A stretch of 64,000 nucleotides of DNA, taken from NCBI GenBank assembly GCA_964016885.1, contig CAXHJY010000918.1, forward strand, positions 29,219 to 93,218, in the 5' to 3' direction. This DNA comes from Eledone cirrhosa. Lineage: Eukaryota. Of the stretch, positions 30,772-48,228 are shown in pieces. The notes beneath the pieces are model-generated. The model searched no databases. It was not told the DNA's origin and saw only the letters and a program-made list of their open reading frames with translations. The position numbers and the translations under genes are program-made. Position 1 is the stretch's first letter. Every line of letters starts with the position of its first letter.

Positions 30772-31045
30772 ATGTTGTGTCACTGTGTGTGTGTGTGTGT
30801 GTATGTGTATGTATGTGCCACTGTGTGTGTGTGTGTATATATATATGTGTATGTATGTGTCACTGTGTGTGTATGTATGTGTGTGTGTGTGTGTATGTAT
30901 GTGTCACTGTGTGTGTGTGTGTGTGTATGTATGTCACTGTGTGTGTGTGTGTGTATGTATGTGTCACTGTGTGTGTGTGTATATATGTGTCACTGTGTTT
31001 GTGTGTGTATGTATGTGTCACTGTGTTTGTGTATGTATCTGTATA
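30759..31045. repeat. (GT)n-based minisatellite with recurring GTCACTGTGT unit
   Basis: About eight GTCACTGTGT units separated by GT/GTAT tracts. Confidence 0.85.
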
Positions 31046-31485
31046 TATAAATATATAAGTACACACATGCATTTATGTCTATATATATATCTACACATAC
31101 TTATATTTTTATAGAGCTAGGAAATCGAACATTAAATTGATATGTTTGTATACATATTTGTATATTTGAAAATTGTACATGTGTGAAACTCCTGGGCTTC
31201 AAGTCACTCATGTAGCTCCACAGCTACTATATATATATATATATATATATACATCACTCTACCTCTGCATTGAGTTTCTCCTGTTTCCACAGCCAGTCCT
31301 ATACAGATAAGACATTATCCACCCAGTCAGGTGGTATTGTGGGCACCAAATACATACCTTCAACTGTTTTGTGTTAGGCAACCAGCTATAGGAATGATGC
31401 CAGAATGGTGGATGAGCAACACAAGGTCATCTGACTTCTCAGGCCTCAGAGCATGACGACCCATTTAACCCAGGTTGTAAAATAG

Positions 31486-31558
<73 letters not shown>

Positions 31559-31585
31559 TATATCTAACTTGGCTGTGTTAGAAGT

Positions 31586-31887
31586 GAAGGCGCATGGCTT
31601 AGTGGTTAGAGCATTGGGCTTGCAATCGAAAGGTTGTGAGTTCAATTCTCGGACCGGGTGATGTGTTATTTCCTTGAGCAAGATACTTTATTTCACGTTG
31701 CTCCAGTTTACTCAGCTGTAGAAATGAGTACCAGTCTGCCTGCCCAGCCAGTGGGATGGCTAAAACAGCACTACGTGCTGTGACCAGCGGCGCCGATTGC
31801 TTCCCGACAGACTGGTCGGTCAAGGTGATCAAGGTGATATCTAACTTATGCTAGTGTGGAAAATGGACATTGAATGTTGATGATGAT
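31586..31887 (+). mobile_element. tRNA-derived SINE (different body, RTE-type tail)
   Basis: GAAGGCGCATGGCTTAGTGGTTAGAGC..GAGTTCAATTCTCGG..CCTTGAGCAAGATACTT..GGACATTGAATGTTGATGATGAT. Confidence 0.85.
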
Positions 31888-32627
31888 CTCTCTCTATATA
31901 TATATACATATATATATATGTGTATATATATATATATATTTATGTACATATGTATGTGTTTATATATATGTATTTATGTACATATATATGTATGTGTATG
32001 TATATATATGTATGTGTATATATATGTATCTATATACATATTTGTATATATCTATATGTATGTATATATATCTATATATTTATGTATGTGTATATATTTA
32101 TATATATGTGTGTATATATTTATATATATGTATATATATATTTATATATATCTATATATATATTTATATATATGTATGTATAAATATATTTATATATATG
32201 TATATATACGTAAGTATAAATATATTTATATATATGTATATATACATATGTATTTATATATATATATGTATATATACATATGTATTTATATATATATATG
32301 TATATATACATATGTATTTATATATATATATGTATATACATATCTATTTATAGATATATGTATATACATATGTATTTAGATGTATATACATATGTATTTA
32401 TATATATGTGTGTGTATATATATATACATATATATGTATATATATATATATATATATATACAGATATATGTACATTTATATATGTCTATATATATTTTAT
32501 ATATTTATATATATGCATATTTATATATGTCTATATATATTTTGTATATTTATATGTCCATATATATTTATATGTATATTTATATATGTCTACATATATT
32601 TATATATGTATATATATATATGTATAA

Positions 32628-32658
<31 letters not shown>

Positions 32659-33140
32659 TATAAATACATATATATATGTAAATACATATTTACAGATCCA
32701 TTTTAAAACCATATATATATCATCATAATCATCATCGTTTAACGTCTATTTTCCACGCTAGCATGGGTTTACGTATGTATGTGTATATATATATATTACA
32801 TATAAACATATAAATATATACATATATATATTTGTATATATATATATGTATATATTTATATATATGTATATATATATATGTATATGTATATATATATATG
32901 TATATATATATGTATATATATATATGTATATATATATGTATATATATATATGTATATATATATGTGTATATATATATGTATATATATATGTATATATATA
33001 TATGTATATATATATATGTATATATATATATGTATATATATATATGTATATGTATATATGTATATGTATATATGTATATGTATATATGTATATGTATATA
33101 TGTATATGTATATATGTATATATATATATGTATATATATG

Positions 33141-33190
<50 letters not shown>

Positions 33191-33268
33191 CATATATATA
33201 CATATATATGTATATATATATATGTATATATATATATGTATATGTATATATATGTATATATATATATG

Positions 33269-33320
<52 letters not shown>

Positions 33321-33381
33321 CATATATATACATATATATGTATATATATATATATATGTATATATATATACATATATATAC

Positions 33382-33452
<71 letters not shown>

Positions 33453-33453
<1 letters not shown>

Positions 33454-33561
33454 CATCATCATCATCAACGTTTAACGTCCGTGTTCCACGCTTGCATGGG
33501 TTTGGACGGGGGTAGTCCCACTTGAGGCAAGAGTGATTGTCTTGCTCGCATAGGACTGTCT
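33453..33561 (-). mobile_element. RTE 3' terminal fragment
   Basis: Reverse complement of ~1231-1340. Confidence 0.88.
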
Positions 33562-33693
33562 ATACTATATGTATATATATATGTATATATATATATGTAT
33601 ATATATATGTATATATTTATATATATGTATATATATATGTATATATATGTATATATGTATATGTATATATTTATGTATATATGTATATATTTG

Positions 33694-33728
<35 letters not shown>

Positions 33729-33964
33729 GTATATATGTATATATATATGTATATATGTATATATATATGTATATATATGTATATATATGTATATATATAT
33801 ATATATGTATATATGTATATATATATGTATATATATGTATATATATATGTATATATATATGTATGTATATGTATATATATGTATGTATATGTATATATAT
33901 GTATGTATATGTATATATATGTATGTATATATGTATGTATATGTATATATATGTATATATGTAT

Positions 33965-33996
<32 letters not shown>

Positions 33997-34453
33997 GTGT
34001 ATATGTATATATATGTATGTATGTATGTATATATATATATATATATGTGTATATGTATATATATATGTGTATATGTATATATGTATATGTATATATATGT
34101 ATATATATATATGTATATATATATATGTATATATATATGTATATATATTTATATCTATGTATATGTATATATATGTATATATATATATATATCTATGTAT
34201 ATGTATATATATGTATATATATATATATATCTATGTATATATCTATGTATATATATATTTATATCTATGTATATGTATATATCTATGTATATATATATTT
34301 ATATCTATGTATATGTATATATATGTATATATATATATATATATCTATGTATATATATATCTATGTATATATATATCTATGTATATATATATCTATGTAT
34401 ATATATATATCTATGTATATATATATTTATATCTATGTATATGTATATATATG

Positions 34454-34484
<31 letters not shown>

Positions 34485-34777
34485 ATGTATATATATATGT
34501 ATATATATATATATATCTATGTATATATATGTATATATCTATGTATATGTATATATCTATGTATATATATATATATATGTATATATCTATGTATATGTAT
34601 ATATCTATGTATATATATATATATATCTATGTATATATATATATATATCTATGTATATATATATATCTATGTATATATATATATCTATGTATATCTATGT
34701 ATATATGTATATATCTATGTATATATATATATATATATGTGTATATATCTATGTATATATGTGTATATATATATATC

Positions 34778-34821
<44 letters not shown>

Positions 34822-34887
34822 TATATATATATATATATGTGTGTATATATATATATGTATATATATATATGTGTATATATATATATG

Positions 34888-34966
<79 letters not shown>

Positions 34967-35007
34967 GTATATATGTATATATATATATATGCATATATAT
35001 ATATATG

Positions 35008-35038
<31 letters not shown>

Positions 35039-35041
35039 GTG

Positions 35042-35124
<83 letters not shown>

Positions 35125-35211
35125 GTATATATATATGTATATATATATATGTATATATATATATATGTGTATATATATATATGTATATATATGTATATAT
35201 ATATATATATA

Positions 35212-35266
<55 letters not shown>

Positions 35267-35305
35267 ATATATATATATATATATGTGTATATATATATAT
35301 GTATA

Positions 35306-35433
<128 letters not shown>

Positions 35434-35688
35434 TATATATATATATGTATATATATGTATATGTATATATATGTATATATATATATATGTATATATATGT
35501 ATATATATATATATATGTATATATATGTATATATATATATATGTATATATATGTATATATATATATATATGTATATCTATGTATACACTGTTCACTTTCC
35601 TGACATTTGTATATTATTCTATGTACTATACATGCACCTTTGATGAGTTGTAGTGCACCTGAGCACTATATCTATGTATATATATATG

Positions 35689-35719
<31 letters not shown>

Positions 35720-35833
35720 GTATATATATATATGTATGTATATATATATATGTATATATATGTATATATATATATGTATATATATATATGTATATATATG
35801 TATATGTATATATATATGTATATATATATATGT

Positions 35834-35886
<53 letters not shown>

Positions 35887-35958
35887 TGTATGTATATATC
35901 TATATATGTATATGTATGTATATATCTATGTATATATATATATATGTATATATATATG

Positions 35959-35989
<31 letters not shown>

Positions 35990-36018
35990 GTATATATATA
36001 TGTATATATATATATATG

Positions 36019-36065
<47 letters not shown>

Positions 36066-36488
36066 GTATATATATATGTATATATATATATATGTATATA
36101 TATATGTATATATATATATATGTATATATATATGTATATATATATATATGTATATATATATGTATATATATATATATGTATATATATATGTGTATATATA
36201 TATGTATATATGTATATATATATGTGTATATATATATGTATATATGTATATATATATGTATATATATATATATATGTATATATGTATATATGTATATATA
36301 TATGTATATATGTATATATGTATATATATATATATATGTATATATATGTATATATCTATATATGTATATATCTATATATGTATATATCTATATCTATATA
36401 TGTATATATCTATATATGTATATATCTATATATGTATATATATATATATATATATGTATATATCTATATATGTATATATCTATATATG

Positions 36489-36527
<39 letters not shown>

Positions 36528-36702
36528 GTATATATCTATATATGTATATATATATATATATATATGTATATATCTATATATGTATATATCTATATATCTA
36601 TATCTATATATATATATATGTATATATCTCTATATATATATGTATATATCTATATATATATGTATATATATGTATATATCTCTATATATATATGTATATA
36701 TC

Positions 36703-36787
<85 letters not shown>

Positions 36788-37442
36788 ATATATATGTATA
36801 TATATATATGTATATATATATATGTATATATGTATATATATATATGTATATGTATATATATATGTATATATATACATGTATATATATACATGTATATATA
36901 TACATGTATATATATATGTATATATATACATGTATATATATACATGTATATATATATGTATATATATATGAATATATATACATGTATATATATACATGTA
37001 TATATATATGTATATATACGTGTATATATATGTATATATATATATATATGTGTATATATATATATGTGTATATATATATATGTGTATATATATATATGTG
37101 TATATATATATATGTGTATATATATATGTGTGTATATATATATATATGTGTATATATATATATGTGTATATATATATATATGTGTATATATATATATATG
37201 TGTATATATATATATGTGTATATATATATATGTGTATATATATATATATGTGTATATATATATATGTGTATATATATATATATGTGTATATATATATATA
37301 TGTGTATATATATATATGTGTATATATATATATATGTATATATATGTATATATGTATATATATGTATATATGTATATATATGTATATATATATATATATA
37401 TGTGTATATATATGTATATATATATGTATAAATATATATATG

Positions 37443-37473
<31 letters not shown>

Positions 37474-37578
37474 GTATATATATATGTATATATATATGTG
37501 TATATATATATATGTGTATATATATATATGTATGTATATATATATGTATGTATATATATATGTATATATATATGTATG

Positions 37579-37609
<31 letters not shown>

Positions 37610-37856
37610 GTATATATATACATATATATGTGTATATATATGTGTACGTATATATGTGTGTGTATATATATACATGTATATATATATGTATATATGTGTA
37701 CGTATATATGTGTGTGTATATATATACATGTATATATATATGTATATATGTGTATATGTATATATGTGTATATATATATATTTGTATATGTATATATTTG
37801 TGTATGTGTATATATTTGTATATATATATGTATATATTTGTATATGTATATATATA

Positions 37857-38011
37857 TGGTTGGTGTTAGGAAGGGCATCCAGCTGTAGAAAACCCGCCAG
37901 ACAGTCCTATGCGAGCAAGACAATCACTCTTGCCTCAAGTGGGAAAACCCCCGTCCAAACCCAAGCCAGCGTGGAACACGAACGTTAAACGTTGTTGATG
38001 ATGATGATGAT
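37857..38011 (+). mobile_element. RTE 3' terminal fragment
   Basis: Matches ~1188-1340. Confidence 0.88.
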
Positions 38012-38082
38012 TTATATTTATATATGTGTATATGTATATATTTATATATGTGTGTATATGTATATATTTATATGTATATATT

Positions 38083-38117
<35 letters not shown>

Positions 38118-38274
38118 GTATATATATATATGTATATATATATATGTATATATTTATATATGTATATATATAAATGTATATATTTATATATATATATATA
38201 TATATGTATGTATATATATATATGTATATATGTATATATATATATATATGTATGTATATATATATATATGTATG

Positions 38275-38402
<128 letters not shown>

Positions 38403-38416
38403 GATGTATATAGATG

Positions 38417-38457
<41 letters not shown>

Positions 38458-38538
38458 GTATATATATATGTATGTATATATATATATATATGTATATATA
38501 TATGTATGTATATATATATATGTATGTATATATATATG

Positions 38539-38625
<87 letters not shown>

Positions 38626-38782
38626 GTATATATATATGTATATATATATGTATGTATATATATATATATATGTATATATATATGTATGTATATATATATA
38701 TATATGTATATATATATGTATATATATATGTATGTATATATATATGTATGTATATATATATATATGTATGTATATATATATG

Positions 38783-38813
<31 letters not shown>

Positions 38814-38844
38814 GTATATGTATATATGTATGTATATATATATG

Positions 38845-38875
<31 letters not shown>

Positions 38876-38910
38876 GTATATGTATATATATATGTATGTA
38901 TATATATATG

Positions 38911-38941
<31 letters not shown>

Positions 38942-40175
38942 GTATATGTATATATGTATGTATATATTTATGTGTATGTATATATTTATGTATATGTATA
39001 TATTTATATATATATGTATGTACATTTATATATATATATGTATGTACATTTATATATATATATGTATGTATATATTTATGTATATGTATATATTTATATA
39101 TATATGTATGTACATTTATATATATATATGTATGTATATATTTATATATATATGTATGTATATATTTATATATACATGTATGTACATTTATATATATATA
39201 TGTATGTATATATTTATATATATATGTATGTATATATTTATATATATATGTATGTATATATTTATATATACATGTATGTACATTTATATATATATATGTA
39301 TGTATATATTTATATATATATATCTGTATGTACATATTTATATATATATATGTATGTATGTATATATTTATATATATGTATGTATATATATATGTATATA
39401 TGTATATATATGTATATGTATGTTTATATGTATATATATGTATATGTATGTATATATTTATATATATGTATATGTATGTATATATTTATATATATGTATA
39501 TGTATGTATATATTTATATATATGTATATGTATGTATATATATATGTATATGTATGTATATATTTATATATATGTATATGTATGTATATATTTATATATA
39601 TGTATATGTATGTATATATTTATGTATATGTATGTATATATTTATATATCTGTATATGTATGTATATATATCTGTATATGTATGTATATATTTATATATC
39701 TGTATATGTATGTATATATTTATATATTTGTATATATATATGTATATATTTATATATCTGTATATGTATGTATATATTTATATGTATGTATATATTTATA
39801 TATCTGTAAATGTATGTATATATTTATATATCTGTATATGTATGTATATATTTATATATCTGTATATGTATGTATATATTTATATATCTGTATATGTATG
39901 TATATATTTATGTATATGTATATGTATGTATATATTTATATATCTGTATATGTATGTATATATTTATATATATGTATATGTATGTAAATATTTATATATA
40001 TCTATATATATATTTATATATATGTATATGTATGTAAATATTTAATGTATGTATGTGTATGTATATATTTATATATATATATGTATATATTTATATGTAT
40101 GTATGTGTATGTATATATTTATATATATATATATATGTATATATTTATATGTATGTATGTGTATGTATATATTTA

Positions 40176-40850
40176 TAGAAATAAGAGGGATCAGATGTTG
40201 TTTACTCGAGAGAAGGCTACGTTGGTATGGACACGTGATGCGCATGAAAGTCGATAGCTGTATAACAAAGTGCAGGGCAATAAAGATAGACGGTAGCCAC
40301 GGAATAGGCAGACCTAGAAAAACCTGGGACGAGCCGATAAACTCCGACCTCAATAAACTCCGACCTCACACACTTACACCTCTCCAAGACAATGTCACTG
40401 GACCGAGACCTTTGGCGGTACTCAGTAACAGAGAAGACCCGCCTTACCTAAATACATAGTAAAACCTACTACAGCCAGTAGGCATCTAACAAAATATCCC
40501 CCCCCCCCCGTCCCCGTCCCACCACCCCCAACCCATCCACGCCACCCCGTTCTATGTAAAGTTATGTTGGTGCCACACCATCCAGGCCGAAACAAATGAG
40601 ATCGTGTAGGTGTCACGACAAAAAAACACACAGTCCACGCTGTAATGTGGCCGTGTAGGCAACACGGTAACAACCTCCCAGACCCACACTGTAAATGTGG
40701 TTGGTGTTAGGAAGGGCATCCAACTGTAGAAAACCTGCCAGACAGTCCTATGCGAGCAAGACAATCACTCTTGCCTCAAGTGGGACTACCCCCGTCCAAA
40801 CCCATGCAAGCGTGGAACACGGACGTTAAACGGTGATGATGATGATGATG
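40176..40850 (+). mobile_element. Young RTE LINE 3' fragment
   Basis: [22 protein letters not shown]..., UTR and GAT tail. Small internal duplication ATAAACTCCGACCTCA at ~40337-40368. Confidence 0.92.
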
Positions 40851-40934
40851 TATATGTATATATTTATATATGTCTATATGTATTTTTATATGTATATATT
40901 TATATATATGTATATTTATATGTATATATTTATA

Positions 40935-40965
<31 letters not shown>

Positions 40966-41033
40966 ATGTATATATATGTTTTTATAATGATGATGAATGG
41001 TCTGTATATGTGCATATATGATTATATAAGTGC

Positions 41034-41090
<57 letters not shown>

Positions 41091-42414
41091 TTATATATAG
41101 TAATAGTAATATATTTGAAGACTAAAATCCAAAGAGAACTTTAATCTGTTATTTTAATAAATGTATTTATATATATATATAGCATGTAAAAATCCTTTAG
41201 TGTGAGCAGTTGGTTTGAACAGAAAGAGGTGAGAGAATTCTGGCCGTAATACAGACATTAAAATGAACCTGAGTGACATGCAAATCTCAGATCCTTTCTT
41301 TTCTGGGATGCATATACATGCAACAGGCTTGCATTGGTGTGTGACAATTCACTGCAATTAGTCAATTGTGAAAAGGGTGCTTTATATTAGAAGAGAATTC
41401 ATGATTCAGTTGTCCAGAAAAAGATGTCTACAAATGTATATATATGTATACATCTATATATATATGTGTGTCTATGTATGTATATATATGCACATATGCA
41501 TATATATGTGTATGTACATGTGTGTGTGTATATATATATGTATATATATGTGTGTATGTCCATCTATATGTATATATATAGGTGTATGTATGTATATATA
41601 TATATATGTATGTATACATCTATATATATATGTATATATATGTGTCTATGTATGTATGTATATGTACATATGCATATATATGTACATGTGTCTGTGTATA
41701 TATGTATATGTACATGTGTTTGTGTATATATGTATATATATGTGTGTGTACGTACATATATATGTATATATATAGGTATATGTATGTAAATATAAATGTA
41801 TGTATGTATATATATATATGTATGTATACATCTATATTTATATGTGTATGTATATATATATATATATATGTATGTATACATCTATATATATATGTGTATG
41901 TATGTATGTATATATATATATGTATGTATATATATATGTATGTATATATATATATATATGTATGTATACATCTATATATATATATATATGTATGTATACA
42001 TCTATATATATATATATGTATGTATACATCTATATATATATGTATGTATGTATACATCTATATATATATGTATGTATGTATACATCTATATATATATGTA
42101 TGTATGTATGTATACATCTATATATATATGTGTATGTATGTATATATATGTATGTATACATCTATATATATGTGTATGTATGTATGTATATATATGTATG
42201 TATACATCTATATATATGTGTATGTATGTATGTATATATATGTATGTATACATCTATATATGTCTATGTATGTATATATATGTACATATGCATATATATG
42301 TATGTATATGTACATGTGTGTGTATATATATGTGTGTGTGTGTGTGTGTATATATATGTATATATATATATGTGTGTGTGTGTGTGTATATATATATGTG
42401 TGTGTGTATATATG

Positions 42415-42445
<31 letters not shown>

Positions 42446-42588
42446 ATATATATATATGTATGTATATATATGTGTGTGTGTATATGTACATATATATGTC
42501 TATATATGTATGTTTATATATATATATGCATGTATACATCTATATATATGTGTGTCTACGTATGTATATATATGTATGTATATGTACA

Positions 42589-42622
<34 letters not shown>

Positions 42623-42726
42623 CGTCTATATATATATGTGTGTGTATGTACATATATATGTATATATGCATATGTAAACAATGATGATGGTGTATGTATA
42701 TATATGTATGTACATGAATATGTGCC

Positions 42727-42766
<40 letters not shown>

Positions 42767-43132
42767 TATAAAAATGTATATTCATTTATATTAGGACGAA
42801 AAATTGAGTCTTGTAACTCTGGAGTTTCTCCTGTTTATCACAGCCTTTTCTTATGACCCTGTGATGGATAGTAAAGCTCTACTTCTATATTGAGTTCTCT
42901 TTTCTCTCAGCCGTCAACCACATACAGATATATATATATATAGATATATGTGTGTATGTGTATATATGTAAATATCTGTCTATATTTGTATATAAATGTA
43001 TATATCTAGGTACATTTATATCTAGATGCATATATGTGTGTGTATGTATATTTATGTATATATATGTATTTATGTATATGTATTTATATATGTATGTATA
43101 AGTATGTGTATATATATATGTATGTATAAGTA

Positions 43133-43186
<54 letters not shown>

Positions 43187-43319
43187 GAAATGTTTGTATG
43201 TATATATATATATATTCGTATATACATATGTCTGTGTGTGCATATATATATGTGTGTGTGTGTGCATATATATGTGTGTGTGTATATATATATATATAGA
43301 GAGAGAGAGAGTGAGTTCA

Positions 43320-45420
43320 GATGCTTTGAATGGGTGATTGACCTGTCACATCATCGAGGGATGCAGAGGGGTTCACCTTGCTGCCAAGGTAAGTAAACAA
43401 GTTCACTTACCCTCAACAGTGATGGGAACATGAAGATACCTGTACCCCAGCTGTCCCAGCTTCACAGCTTTACTTGTCTAGAGCCTGGTCAGTTCTGGTA
43501 GATCTGCCACCTCAGTCATCTTAATGCTGGTTGTTAAACCAAACATCTTACATGGAAGTGAGAAATGGTTCATCAGTTCTTGTGCCTGTTCTTGAGAGAT
43601 GTTGCAACAAGTGCAGCAGCATCATCAGCAGTAAATCAGGAATAACATTTGTTCGTGTAAGTCTCTTACAGCATTGATGGTTGAATAACGCTCCTGATAT
43701 ATGGAATTCAAATCTGACACCAATGTCTAGGTTACCAAATACATACTGGAGCATTACAGAGAACACAGCAAAGAGAAAAAAAGCCATAAGACAACCCTGC
43801 TTCATGCCGTTTGTGACACCAAAGGGTTCATAGCATTTAACATAATAGATGCTTTCGTGTCTTTGTGAAAAGACATGATGACATTCAGCATATTCTCAGG
43901 TATGCCAAGCTTTTTGAGAATTTCCAGAGACCTTTGCATTGACAGTGTCAAAGGCTTTGATCAAGTCAACAAAGACCATAAACAGCTCCTGGTTCATTTC
44001 ACAAACCTTTTCTACAACCTGGAGAAGGAAGGTCATGTCAATAGTACCCTGACATGTGTGAAAACCACATTGGTTTTCTGGGTAGATATCGTCAACAAGT
44101 CTGGATGTAATTCTGTTGAGAATGACACATGCAAGTACCTTACTAGCAATACAGAGAAGGGAAATGCCACAAGAGTTGTCACAGGTAGATCCTTTACCTT
44201 TGTTCTGGATTATAGATACATCTCTGAAGTCTTGAGGGACATGACCAACATTCCAGATTTCCAGAAATAGCTAAAGAAGTTTACAACTCAGTTTTTGTCC
44301 ACCATATTTGAAAATTTCAGGTGGGATCCCATCCATAGCAGGACCTTTATTAGGTGACAGTTACTTAATAGCAGCTTTTACTTCATTCAAGCTTGGATTG
44401 AATGCTAATTTGGGTATCTCCACCCTTTGTGGAATATATGATATTACATGTTCATCTACATTAGGACCTTTTCGAAGTGTTCTTTCTTTCTTGAGAGTAT
44501 CTCAAAATTGATTGTGTATAGGGTTGTACCATCAGAAGATAGAACTAGAGTTAACCTGCTCTCCCTTCAACCATACACCACCTTCAGACTATTATAAAAG
44601 GCCATTGAGTCATTTTTATCTGCTGCTTATATTATCGGCTTTCTTTTTAGTTGTTGAGTTTTTATCTTCAGTCCAAAGCCTATGTAGGTTATGCACTTTG
44701 CTGATAAGATTTTGTATTTCTGAGTATTTCATCAAACCAGTCATGATGTTTTCTCAGGAAATCCTAAGATTTATACAGAAACTGCATAAGTAGTATTTCT
44801 GGGTGCTTTCCAGGAAGACTCACTTTCATCAGAAATCTGGACAGAGTCAAGAGATGAATCATGTTTTGCAGGAAGTTTCAGCTTTCTATAAGTGGATTTT
44901 GTTTCAACCACATATTTGGATAACCAGACAGCCACAGTTGGCTACCAAGATAAAAAATTGTACAAGCATTTGTTTAGGGCTCCTTTTACTACCCCTTTCC
45001 ATGTGTAGGGAAAACAGTGTTGTCTAAAATGACCTACTTTATCACCATCAGAGGACATGAACAGCAAAAATTACTTAGATTTTGTGCATGAATGGCCATC
45101 ATCTAATGGTTGCCACTGTGTAGAGCTCCAGCTAAAGACTTCCTATAATACCATTTACTCATCCCTATCAGCTATGCTCTCTTGGCAGTAGGCTCTGTTT
45201 TAATGATGGGGTGTCGAATAGACAACTGGTAGAGCTGCTAAACTACCTGCATAAAGGAATTGTTTATAGTAGTAAAGACTTTTGTTGGACCAGCCACAAT
45301 GTTAACAATGGCTTGGTGCAAAAGTTCCTCCATCCAGGTTTTGTTTTACATTGTGCAGGATGTCCAAGCAAGTGAGGTGGGGTCGCCAATTTAGTCACCA
45401 ACAGTCCAGCCATGTGATTG
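43320..45420 (-). mobile_element. Old RTE (BovB-like) LINE fragment
   Basis: Minus-strand remnants LVDLIKAFDTV, GMKQGCL..LF, KGPAMDGIPPE; many stops. Confidence 0.72.
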
Positions 45421-45480
45421 ATTGTACTGAGCTACATATTACCAGTAGCACTTATGAATGAACTGACATATATATTTTTT

Positions 45481-47700
45481 TTTTCTTCTTCTTCCACCTA
45501 TTCCTAGGAGAGTCATGGGGGCAGAGTCCTCAAGCAGGTTCAGTCAGAAGCAACCATCTCCAACTGATCTGACTGGATCCCCAAGCGTGACCAGCCGAGC
45601 TCATGGATGTTATCCAACCATCTTGCTCTAGGTCTTCTGCTAGTTGGTTTTTCCTGTAAAGTCGATCCAGCAATAATTTCCTGAGACATTCTAACCACAT
45701 ACTCATAATATCGGAACTATGATCTCTCAGTTCAGAGACATAGCAGCTCTATCTGGAGCAACCCCTAATCTGCAAGCTACTCACTTTGTCAAGTAATGTT
45801 ACTCCAAAAACCCTCTGGAGGAATCCTATTTTGGCTACTTGCATTCCTGATCTTATTCTTTTGGTCATTACCCAAGATTCGCAACCATAGGTAAGGGTTA
45901 ACACAAATACCAAATTGAAGATAGCAAGTTTGGCGTTTACACCTACCTCTCTTCTTCTGATGACTGAATGCTGAAACTGGTGCATTACTGCATCAGTTTC
46001 TGCAATTCTTGCACTTAATTCAGCTTCCTGTCATCCATCATTCATGAACAGTCCCAAGATTCTTGAACTTCTCCATCTGCTTCAGTGGAACTCCACTCAC
46101 ATGTAGGGTGAACTGCGCAGGCTTCCTTGAGAAGACGAGTGTCTCAGTTTTAGCAGCACTGATTTTCATTCCAGCCATGCACCACTCAGCAGCAAACCTA
46201 TGAAGAGCATGTCACAGATCCACTTCTGACGAATTAAGTAGTATCATGTCGTCCACAAATTCCAGCTGACTGATCCTATACTTGCCAGTTGTGATACCAC
46301 TTCCAACCCAGATGCACATGTCAATCCAGTTCATGAAGATTATGAACAAGAGAGGTGACAGTACACACCCTTGGTGGAGTCCAACTCCCACATGGAATGG
46401 TTTCAACTTAACACCATTTATTCAAACACAAACACTAGGGCATTCATACAGATTCATCATGACAACAACAACAAGTTGGCCATCTATCACATACACCTGT
46501 AGAACCTTCCCCAACAGGTCCCGTGGAACAAGGAAATAAACCTTTTTAAAGTCTATGAAACACGCATTCACCCTTTGGCCATCCTCTCACAATTTCTCAA
46601 AGACCTGTTGCAGTGTAAATATTTGGTCGGCTGTGTTGTGACTAGAGCAAAAACTACCCTGTTCCTCAACTAGCTTTGACCCAATAATATCTCTACATCT
46701 CTTAGCCAGACACTCCTAATTACCATTGCTTAGGTGCCTTTCCAGAGATCCAAGCCACCTGATATACACAAGTCAACCATAGAATACTTTCTCTATTTAA
46801 GGCCATCACGGGCCAAATTCCCTCCTCCCTTGACAACCCTTGCCACATTTAAGCTCTTTAATTGCTCTCGTGATCTCAGATTCTGTGAGGTTAGCAATGC
46901 TTCCAGATGGTGTTGTGGCCAGCTTTAGGAGATCAGCAAAGTATTCTTTCCACCCTGCAAGGATGCATCTCTCTGAAGAGAGAACCCCAGATATGGACCT
47001 GGTAGCAGGTGTGGTGGAGGACATTTTATTATGAAGTTGACAGATGGTTTGCCAGAATGCTTTATTTGCTGATCTGAAGTTGGATTCAAGCATAACCGCA
47101 AATTCCTCCCATGTCTTAACATTGGACGCCTTTACTGTCTCTGCTGCAACTTTTTGCACCTGCTTGTATCGCAAGTGCAAGGAGGAGGATTTATTTCCAA
47201 CCCAAGCTTTATAAGTCACTTTCTATGCTCAGACGGCATCTTTGACCACACCAAGCCACTTTCACTTGCAGCATTTAACAATTGAAGCAGAAACTGCTAA
47301 ACAGAACAGTCTCCGCTACGTTTCAACGTCCTTAGTTTGCTCAAGGGATTCTCTGAATTTGGATGCAATAGTATCTGCAAACCTGTTCCTGACTTTCTTA
47401 TCTGCCAGTGCTTCCCACTTTATGCAGTAAATCAAGCTAGACATGCAGGTTTTGTGGGTTCACTTGACTTTAGGTAGTCACAGGGTGCAGGTAACTAAAT
47501 GGTGATCAGTTGACAGCTCAGCCTCTCTCTTAACATAAATATCCAGCAGAGAATCAAAGGGATCAGAGACAATAAAAAACCTGTCCCTGATTTGCCTTAT
47601 ACCATGCATCCTTATGAATATCTTTGAGCTGGAAGAAGTTGTTCATTAACAGAGAGGCCATTGCTAGAACAGAAGTTTAATAAGGCCTCTGTTTTTTTAA
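45481..47700 (-). mobile_element. RTE-clade LINE with (GAA)n tail, degenerate
   Basis: GVGLHQGCVLSPLLFIIFM, FVDDM (FADD-like), LTYGCESWVM; TTCTTCTTC tail at 45483. Confidence 0.85.
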
Positions 47701-48047
47701 TTACTGGAAAGCGACCTAGATAGGCCTCTCTCTCTAGGATTCCTATTATCAAAGTGTATGTTTTGGAAGAAAGACTGTTACTGTTAACTTGTGTATTTTA
47801 ATCTTGCTTGCTATTATTTCTACTGTGCATCATCATCATCGTTTAACACCCATCTTCCACACTAGCATGAGTTAGACAGGTTTAGAGGCAAGTAGGGTCA
47901 GGTGACCGTGTCTTGCTCATATAGGACTGCTTGTGCACTCTAACGATATTATATACACAGGATCTTTGGTTTCTACTATTCACAGGAAAATGTTATTTCA
48001 TCCTTATAACCTGACCTATATATATATATATATATCATTATCACTGA

Positions 48048-48228
48048 ATTGGCAGTATCGGTAGAGGGTTGGACGCCATGCTTTCTAGCATAGTTACGTC
48101 CCTTTACAATCTGAGTTCAAATCCCGCCGAGGTTAACTTTGCCTTTCATCCTTACAGGGTCGATAAAATAAAGTACCAGTAATATACTGGGTAATTGCTG
48201 GCCTTGTGCCTAAAGTAGAAACAATTAT
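48048..48228 (+). mobile_element. Second tRNA-derived SINE family
   Basis: TGGCAGTATCGGTAGAG..GAGTTCAAATCCCGCCGAGGTTAACTTTGCCTTTCATCC..AAAGTACCAGT..GTAGAAACAATTA. The same 3' end occurs at 2998-3055 and 14884-14918(-). Confidence 0.78.

Noticed and set aside
30759-31045. Regularly spaced GTCACTGTGT units resembling a repeat-spacer array
   Set aside because: The spacers are GT microsatellite in a eukaryotic context with no cas genes, so this is not CRISPR.
31586-31660. tRNA-like A/B boxes (also at 2810-2882, 16880-16955 and 57415-57488)
   Set aside because: These are SINE heads continuing into SINE bodies, not tRNA genes.
35629-35650. Possible 21-nt AG..GT microexon on the minus strand in a unique island
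   Set aside because: No polypyrimidine tract, poor donor, and it lies upstream of the minus-strand gene's first coding exon.
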